In this document: in pieces, positions 58,015 to 64,000 of the stretch | Numbering within the stretch: the first letter of the stretch is position 1 | How the letters are laid out: each line of letters begins with the position of its first letter | The notes under the pieces: generated by a model | Told to the model about the DNA's origin: nothing | Databases searched by the model: none | Seen by the model: only the letters and a program-made list of their open reading frames with translations | Program-made: the position numbers and the translations under genes | DNA from: an uncultured Clostridiaceae bacterium | Lineage (GTDB): Bacteria > Bacillota > Clostridia > Ch29 | NCBI GenBank assembly: GCA_964508195.1 | Contig: CAZDSH010000001.1 | Span: 67,263 to 131,262 of the forward strand | Direction: 5' to 3' | DNA: 64,000 bases

Positions 58015-60807
58015 TTATTGGATATTCCCGGCACATCTTTCACATATGCTGGGGTGTTCCTTTACGTTTCCTACTGTCGTACTAAAATTCCAGCATCTTT
58101 CGCACTTGTGTCCCTCGGCGTGATTAACCATAAGGCTTAAACTTTCCAACTCCTCGCCCTTGATAGCCCCTTGGCCCGCTTCTTCACCGGGCGGGTTAAC
58201 CTTTACCTGGGAAACTATAAATAAGGAAGGCAGCTCCTTCTCTAAGGGTTTCAAGAATTTGTAAAGCTCATCGTCCGTATAAAGTTCTATTTTAGAATCC
58301 AAAGAATGACCGATTACCTTGTCAGCTCTGGCCTTTTCCAGTGCTCTTCCCACCTCGTACCTGATTTCTAATATTTTTTGATACTTCGTTTCTAATTCCT
58401 TATTCAAAAGTGCCGGTTCAGGCTCCGGGAATTCAACTAGTTGGACGCTGGCCGGTCTAGAGGCTGCATCCCCGGGCATATATCGCCATATTTCTTCTGC
58501 GGTGAAGGACAAAACCGGTGCCACAAGCCGTACAAGTTTTGATAATAACCGATATATCACCGTCTGCGCCGCCCTTCTTTCTAGCGAATCCCCTTTACAG
58601 GTGTACAGCCTATCTTTTATTACGTCGAGATAGAAGTTGCTCATGTCCACTACACAAAAATGATGCATCGCATAAAACAGTATATGAAATTCGTATTCCC
58701 TATAAGCGTCTACTACCTTTTCCAGCAATTTCTCTCCCTTATGAAGGGCCCATTTATCTAAATCGGCTAAATCGTCGTATTCGACCATATCCCTATCGGG
58801 GTCAAAATCGTACAGATTGCCTAACATAAACCGCGCGGTATTCCTTATCTTTCTATAGACCTCAGATAATTGTTTCAATATCCGGGGGGATATACGTATA
58901 TCCGTTTGATAATCCGCTGAGGCAACCCATAATCTTAATATATCTGCGCCGTACTCTTTTATAACATCCATGGGATCTATGCCGTTACCTAGGGATTTGG
59001 ACATTTTTCGTCCTTCGCCGTCTACTACAAATCCATGGGTTAACACTTCACGATAGGGTGCTTTTCCTCTAGTAGCCACTGCGGTTAATAGCGACGATTG
59101 GAACCATCCCCTGTGTTGGTCGCTACCCTCTAGGTACATAGTAGAGGGCCATTCCAAATCCGGCCATGTTTCCAATACTGCGGCATGACTCGAACCTGAA
59201 TCGAACCACACATCCATAGTGTCTGTCTCTTTCCTAAAATTGTTTGCACCACAATGTTCGCATTTGATATCTTCAGGGAGTATATCCTTTGCTTCTTTTT
59301 TAAACCATGCATCGGAACCCTCTGCAGCGAACAAATCCCTTACGGCGTGGATAGTATCGTCATTTATTATATGGTGACCACATTCGTTGCAATAGAATAT
59401 GGGAATAGGCACTCCCCATACCCTTTGCCGTGAGATACACCAATCATCCCTATCCCTTACCATATTGCTTATTCTTTCCTCTCCCCAATGGGGTATCCAT
59501 TTTACATTTCCTATAGCTGCAAGGGCTTCATCCTTAAAGCTCTCCACCGACGCGAACCATTGCTCCGTAGCCCTGAATATAACCGGCCCTTTGCAGCGCC
59601 AACAATGGGGATAAGAGTGCGTCATGCTAGAATGGGCAAACATAGCACCTATCTCCACAAGATCTTCAACTATCACATCGTTAGCCTTTGCATAGTACAT
59701 CCCTTGGTATTTACCCGCCGATTCAGTGAAATACCCTTTATCATCCACTGGATTCAAAGCTGATAGCCCGTACTTCATCCCGATTAAGAAGTCCTCTTCA
59801 CCGTGTCCCGGCGCAGTATGCACGCATCCGGTACCCTGCTCCAACGTAACATGGTCCCCTAATATTACAATTGAGTCCCTTTCTATAAAGGGATGCTTGC
59901 AGATTAACCCTTCAAGCTGCTTTCCGGCAAACTCAGCCAGTACCTTGTAATCATCAAACTTACCTAATTCCTTAATCTCTTCGGCCTTATCCTTAGCCAC
60001 AACATAATAGGCATCCCCCATCTCCATCAAAATATATTGGAAATTTTCATTAAGGGCGATTGCAAGGTTAGCGGGTAGCGTCCAGGGCGTTGTAGTCCAA
60101 ATCATAACATAGGCTCTACTAAGATCGTCTATCAAACCGTTAAACAATCCCTTGTCATCGGATACAGGGAAGTTAACGTATATTGAGTGGGTCCTATGAT
60201 CGCTATATTCTATCTCCGCCTCGGCTAGGGCTGTTTCGCAGCTAGGGCACCAGTACACCGGTCTTAAACCCTTATAGATATAACCCTTTTTAGCCATTTC
60301 GCCGAACACTTCTATCTGTTTTGCCTCAAACTGCGGTTTAAGCGTAAGGTAAGGGTTATCCCAATCGCCTCTGACCCCCAACCGTTTGAACTGACCCCTT
60401 TGTTTATCCATATATTTAAGCGCATAATCCCGACATAGTTGCCTGAACCCTACTACGGTTTTATCGTGTCTGTTTATACCTAAGGATTTTATTACTTGGG
60501 TTTCTATAGGCAGCCCATGGGTATCCCATCCGGGTACATAGGGACAATGATAGCCGTCCATTGATTTGCTTTTTATTATAATATCCTTCAATATTTTGTT
60601 AAGGGTTTGCCCTAGGTGTATATCACCATTAGCATAGGGAGGGCCGTCATGTAATATGAATTTTTTATTACCTTTTTGTTTTTGAAGGTTCTTCTTATAA
60701 ACGTTTTCCTTCTCCCAAAAGTCTATGATTTCCGGTTCCTTTACAGGCAAGTTAGCCCTCATCGGAAACTTTGTTTTTGGTAAATTTAATGTTTTCCCAT
60801 AGTCCAT
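58015..60807 (-). CDS. ileS: Isoleucyl-tRNA synthetase
   Basis: 930-aa protein with HLGQ (the HIGH motif), KMSKS, and C-terminal zinc-binding Cys (CERCWN...CERC). Confidence 0.95.
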   Translation of the reverse strand: MDYGKTLNLPKTKFPMRANLPVKEPEIIDFWEKENVYKKNLQKQKGNKKFILHDGPPYANGDIHLGQTLNKILKDIIIKSKSMDGYHCPYVPGWDTHGLPIETQVIKSLGINRHDKTVVGFRQLCRDYALKYMDKQRGQFKRLGVRGDWDNPYLTLKPQFEAKQIEVFGEMAKKGYIYKGLRPVYWCPSCETALAEAEIEYSDHRTHSIYVNFPVSDDKGLFNGLIDDLSRAYVMIWTTTPWTLPANLAIALNENFQYILMEMGDAYYVVAKDKAEEIKELGKFDDYKVLAEFAGKQLEGLICKHPFIERDSIVILGDHVTLEQGTGCVHTAPGHGEEDFLIGMKYGLSALNPVDDKGYFTESAGKYQGMYYAKANDVIVEDLVEIGAMFAHSSMTHSYPHCWRCKGPVIFRATEQWFASVESFKDEALAAIGNVKWIPHWGEERISNMVRDRDDWCISRQRVWGVPIPIFYCNECGHHIINDDTIHAVRDLFAAEGSDAWFKKEAKDILPEDIKCEHCGANNFRKETDTMDVWFDSGSSHAAVLETWPDLEWPSTMYLEGSDQHRGWFQSSLLTAVATRGKAPYREVLTHGFVVDGEGRKMSKSLGNGIDPMDVIKEYGADILRLWVASADYQTDIRISPRILKQLSEVYRKIRNTARFMLGNLYDFDPDRDMVEYDDLADLDKWALHKGEKLLEKVVDAYREYEFHILFYAMHHFCVVDMSNFYLDVIKDRLYTCKGDSLERRAAQTVIYRLLSKLVRLVAPVLSFTAEEIWRYMPGDAASRPASVQLVEFPEPEPALLNKELETKYQKILEIRYEVGRALEKARADKVIGHSLDSKIELYTDDELYKFLKPLEKELPSLFIVSQVKVNPPGEEAGQGAIKGEELESLSLMVNHAEGHKCERCWNFSTTVGNVKEHPSICERCAGNIQ

Positions 60808-60811
60808 TCGT

Positions 60812-61100
60812 TACCACCTCAATCGTTTTTTTAGAAAATAAAAAAGTCCCTTTATATATAAAGGGACGGGCATCGCCCGCGGTACCACCCTGTTTGGCTG
60901 TAATACCCGCTTTATTTTAGCTATTGTATCGGATAGCACCGGCGGGGCTTACTGTTTATACCTTTCAGCCCGCTGCTCACGAGGGATTTTCACTATTATA
61001 CGTTACCACATCCCACCATACCTGTGGCTCTCTGTCAACGGTTTAATAGATACTCTTCTCGATCATCGCTACTTCTACTGTATATTTGTGTTACGAAGAT
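60812..61100 (-). ncRNA. T-box riboswitch leader of ileS
   Basis: The minus strand contains the T-box antiterminator sequence CAGGGTGGTACCGCGG. It is followed by the terminator GTCCCTTTATATATAAAGGGAC plus TTTTTT. A stem-I AGAGA motif lies upstream, and an AUC (Ile) triplet is present in the specifier region. Confidence 0.75.
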
Positions 61101-61134
61101 TATAATATAAGCTGCGCTATTAGTCAATAAAATA

Positions 61135-61593
61135 TTATTCATCCTCTAGTTGATCACAAAGGGTCACTACCGCCTCAAGCTGAGCCTCTAATAAAGTTTT
61201 AAACCTAGTCCGGAATATGTACATTTGCCTTTTTGTCTCCTGGTACTGCTGTTCTACGTCCATTATTTTCTCGTTAGCCCTCTCGAGGATTTTTTGTGCC
61301 TCCCCCTCCGCTTGCTTAATTATTAATTCACCTTTTTCGTAGGCGTTCTTTGTAGCCTCCTCGGCGGTATTCTGCGCAAGTATAAGGGCGTTCTGGAGGG
61401 ATTCTTCCATATCATTGTAATGTTTAATCTTATCCTCCAGAATCTGTATCCTATCCTTAAGGTTTGCATTTTCCCTATAAAGGGCCTCATAGTCCTCCGT
61501 CAATCTATCTAAAAACTCATCCACTTCGTTTTCGTCGAACCCTCTCATTCTCTTGCTAAATTGTTTGTTCTGTATTTCAAGGGGCGTGATCAT
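61135..61593 (-). CDS. divIVA: Cell-division initiation protein DivIVA
   Basis: MITPLEIQNKQFSKRMRGFDENEVDEFLD is the canonical DivIVA N-terminus, followed by a coiled coil. Directly upstream of ileS as in B. subtilis. Confidence 0.85.
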   Translation of the reverse strand: MITPLEIQNKQFSKRMRGFDENEVDEFLDRLTEDYEALYRENANLKDRIQILEDKIKHYNDMEESLQNALILAQNTAEEATKNAYEKGELIIKQAEGEAQKILERANEKIMDVEQQYQETKRQMYIFRTRFKTLLEAQLEAVVTLCDQLEDE

Positions 61594-61597
61594 GTTT

Positions 61598-61900
61598 TCA
61601 CCTCCAGGTATTTATAAACAGGCCCACTACATAATAGGCTAGGGGCTGCGCTAAAAGCCTTATAAAAAGTAATGCCAATATAGGCGAAAAATCCATCATA
61701 CCGCCTCCGATAGGAGTCCTTTCCATAAGCCTCCTAAAGGGCAATAAAATCGGCTCTGTGATACCGTACACGGCCCTAGTAATAGGGCTCCCGTAACCCG
61801 GCGATATCCATGATAGTATTATCCTTATAAAAATTAATAGCTCAATAAAGCTGAAAAAATACCCAAGGGAAACTCTTAACAACCAACCTAGCTGATCCAT
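61598..61900 (-). CDS. YggT family membrane protein (YlmG)
   Basis: 100-aa protein with two TM helices and the YggT motif. Sits between sepF and divIVA. Confidence 0.8.
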   Translation of the reverse strand: MDQLGWLLRVSLGYFFSFIELLIFIRIILSWISPGYGSPITRAVYGITEPILLPFRRLMERTPIGGGMMDFSPILALLFIRLLAQPLAYYVVGLFINTWR

Positions 61901-61943
61901 TGCTGACCTCCTTTTGTACGACGGGGATAGCCCTTCTCCATGC

Positions 61944-62372
61944 TTATTTTTGCCATTTAAAGGCCATTCTATCCCTGTTAAGCTCGTCCTTTAGATCCTC
62001 GGAAATTTCTACATTGCTGGGGGCCGCAACGAATATACCCCCGGATATTTTGTACAAATCACCGTCCAATCCATACACCGCACCACTTAGAAAATCAAGT
62101 ATCCTGCGCGCTGTTTCCCTTTCAAGTTTTTCTAAATTTATTATAACCGGTTTCCTGTTTTTTAAATTATCGCATATTTCCGTTGTCTGGTCAAAGGTTG
62201 TCGGCTGAAATATCACCATTTTAACCTGGGATGCGGTGCGTATATCCACTATCCTGCCTCTCCTACTCGGCACGGAATATACTTCCTCATCCTCCCCCGG
62301 CCACTGTTCCTCTGTTTCGACATCTGCTAGACCCATAAAACTCATTATCCTATCCCATAGGCCCTTTTCCAT
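61944..62372 (-). CDS. sepF: Cell division protein SepF
   Basis: C-terminal SepF domain (VIFQPTTFDQTTEICDNLKNRKPVIINL). Confidence 0.85.
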   Translation of the reverse strand: MEKGLWDRIMSFMGLADVETEEQWPGEDEEVYSVPSRRGRIVDIRTASQVKMVIFQPTTFDQTTEICDNLKNRKPVIINLEKLERETARRILDFLSGAVYGLDGDLYKISGGIFVAAPSNVEISEDLKDELNRDRMAFKWQK

Positions 62373-62391
62373 TCTGATTCCTCCCCTAAGG

Positions 62392-63081
62392 CTATCCCCT
62401 TAATCCGAATATCCCTGTCCCAACCCTTATAATGTTTGCGCCCTCCTCTATAGCAACTTCAAAATCCCCTGTCATGCCCATTGACAGGTATTCCATTTCT
62501 ACGCCCTCGTATTTTTGGGCCTTTAGATCTTCGAATATTTCCTTTGATTTTGCAAATATCGGCCTAACCCTTTCAGCGTTATCAGTAAAGGGGGCTATTG
62601 TCATAAGACCCCTTATACATACATTGTCCAAAACTCCAATACGTTGTACGAGATCGTGGACCCCTTTAGGCGCTACCCCAAATTTACTCGCTTCGCCGGA
62701 AACATTTATTTGGATTAGAACATCGACACTTTTATTTATCCTTTGGGCCCTTTTGTTTATTTCTTTAGCCAGAGCCATTGTATCTACCGAATGTATTAAA
62801 GAAACCTTGTCTACGATATATTTTACCTTATTCCTTTGCAAATGTCCTATCATGTGCCATTCCTGGACATAATCCTTGAGGACAGTATACTTTTCCATAA
62901 GTTCCTGTACTCTGTTTTCGCCAATAGAAGTTATCCCAATATCTACCGCATCCTTTATATTTGCAACGTTTATCGTCTTTGTAACGGCTACGAGCCTAAT
63001 ATCCCCTTTATCCCTGCCGGATTTCAAAGCCGCCGCCTCTATTCTTTCATTAATTGATTTTAAATTGTCCCTTATACCCAT
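62392..63081 (-). CDS. YggS family PLP-binding (PLP homeostasis) protein
   Basis: 229-aa alanine-racemase-N-like fold with VAVTKT (the PLP-binding Lys) and HxIGxLQxNK. Confidence 0.85.
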   Translation of the reverse strand: MGIRDNLKSINERIEAAALKSGRDKGDIRLVAVTKTINVANIKDAVDIGITSIGENRVQELMEKYTVLKDYVQEWHMIGHLQRNKVKYIVDKVSLIHSVDTMALAKEINKRAQRINKSVDVLIQINVSGEASKFGVAPKGVHDLVQRIGVLDNVCIRGLMTIAPFTDNAERVRPIFAKSKEIFEDLKAQKYEGVEMEYLSMGMTGDFEVAIEEGANIIRVGTGIFGLRG

Positions 63082-63091
63082 AGTTGATCAC

Positions 63092-64000
63092 CTATTCCTT
63101 TCTCAATACAACCTTATCATACATTTTTATACCCGGCGGTGATTCTGATTTTTCTACTACTGCATTAATGTCATCATGACCCTTTATTACTACTCCTTTT
63201 TCAATAGTCTTGTCAGCATCTAGTACCTCCACCATGTACATTCCATCCTTTTTAGTTATTGCTGAAAGGGGCACCACAAGGCCGCTGTATTTGCCTTTGA
63301 CCACCGTAAGGTCTACACTTCGCCCTTCGTACAGAGCCGGGAAGAAGTCCCTCGATTGAAATGTTACAATTGTATCATCTGTACCATCATCCTGTGGGGT
63401 TATATTTTCTACCCTGGCCCTTATATTGCTACTTTCCTCGCCGGCGATATCCAGGGTAACGACGGAACCCTCCTTCAAATCCTTAACGAAATCTATATTT
63501 AAACTGCAAACCAAATACCACAAATGATTATTTACGATCTTCATAACGGGATCCCCAGCCTTTAACCCCTTTGAAAAATTGATGGTTTTCGCTTTCGCCC
63601 CGGCTACCTCCGATGGTACTATTTCGCTAATATTATCGGGGCATAATACCTCTTCATATCCGTCTAAAGAATAAACCGGTACCCCGGCAAAGGGTGCATT
63701 AGCGTATTTAATGCCGCCCTCTATCAGCGCACTTAATTCCTCTTCCTTACGCGTCAGTTGCTGTTTTTCAACTTGTACGGGATCCGAAGCAATATTATAA
63801 TTTATCCGCCTTGACAACCTTTCTTTTTCATAATAGACCATGGTCAGGTTGCCGCTATCTATTAAAAAAGCTATATTAGACAGTACATCATCAATGGTTC
63901 CATCCCTTTCTTCGGACAAAGTATGCTCATCCCCGGGGGTTTGTAATGTCGCTAACCTTTCCTTCGTCCTATTATATTTATCGACGAGGGCCCCGTCGAT
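63092..64000 (-). CDS. Hypothetical protein, 5' end beyond the window (open frame continues past position 64000)
   Basis: The open reading frame continues upstream of the first Met to the window edge. No recognisable motif. Located upstream of yggS. Confidence 0.4.
   Translation of the reverse strand: MDGALVDKYNRTKERLATLQTPGDEHTLSEERDGTIDDVLSNIAFLIDSGNLTMVYYEKERLSRRINYNIASDPVQVEKQQLTRKEEELSALIEGGIKYANAPFAGVPVYSLDGYEEVLCPDNISEIVPSEVAGAKAKTINFSKGLKAGDPVMKIVNNHLWYLVCSLNIDFVKDLKEGSVVTLDIAGEESSNIRARVENITPQDDGTDDTIVTFQSRDFFPALYEGRSVDLTVVKGKYSGLVVPLSAITKKDGMYMVEVLDADKTIEKGVVIKGHDDINAVVEKSESPPGIKMYDKVVLRKE

Noticed and set aside
1-64000. Search for CRISPR arrays, IS elements, integrases, phage genes and defence cassettes
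   Set aside because: There are no regularly spaced direct repeats, no transposase or integrase-like ORFs and no terminal inverted repeats flanking the 17-24-kb insertion. The only accessory content is the sigma-54/kamA/TRAP module, which looks like a metabolic island rather than a mobile element.

Overview
This 64-kb window is a syntenic housekeeping stretch of a spore-forming Firmicutes (Clostridia-like) chromosome, almost entirely on the minus strand. All calls below rest on motif recognition and gene order read by eye; no database search was run. The minus-strand backbone runs, from the window start: trmD(partial)-rimM-KH-rpsP-ffh-ylxM-ftsY-smc-radical SAM-rnc, then the fatty-acid cluster fabF-acpP-fabG-fabD-fabK-fabH-plsX-fapR, then rpmF-yceD-ackA. 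Further on come a ylbM(tmcAL)/ylbK/ylbJ/coaD/rsmD block, two tandem alpha/beta SASP genes, recG-yloV-asp23, and rpmB-spoVM. The prkC block follows: thiN-rpe-rsgA-prkC-prpC-rlmN-rsmB, then Zn-peptidase-DUF116-fmt-def-priA-coaBC-rpoZ-gmk-remA-yicC, plus-strand rqcH, and rluD-lspA-yteA. The window ends with ileS behind a T-box leader and a partial dcw-associated block, divIVA-yggT-sepF-yggS. The one clearly accessory segment is about 7.4 kb (roughly 16.97-24.37 kb) inserted between fapR and rpmF. It carries a minus-strand sigma-54 enhancer-binding protein with an uncharacterised N-terminal domain, PAS, an AAA+ domain with the GAFTGA motif, and an atypical C-terminus. Divergent from it is a textbook -24/-12 sigma-54 promoter driving a stand-alone lysine 2,3-aminomutase (kamA) and a two-gene TAXI-type TRAP transporter. 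None of the downstream lysine-fermentation or beta-lysine acetylation genes is present in the window. This is the best candidate for an undescribed system. Other points worth a second look: two tandem paralogous roughly 43-aa hydrophobic micropeptide genes next to an spoVM gene that the ORF track missed; duplicated SASP genes with non-ATG starts; a perfect 12-bp inverted repeat upstream of the rlmN-prpC-prkC operon; an unannotated rpmF; and a 74-bp convergent overlap of tmcAL and patatin. No rRNA, tRNA, CRISPR array, transposase or integrase was seen.
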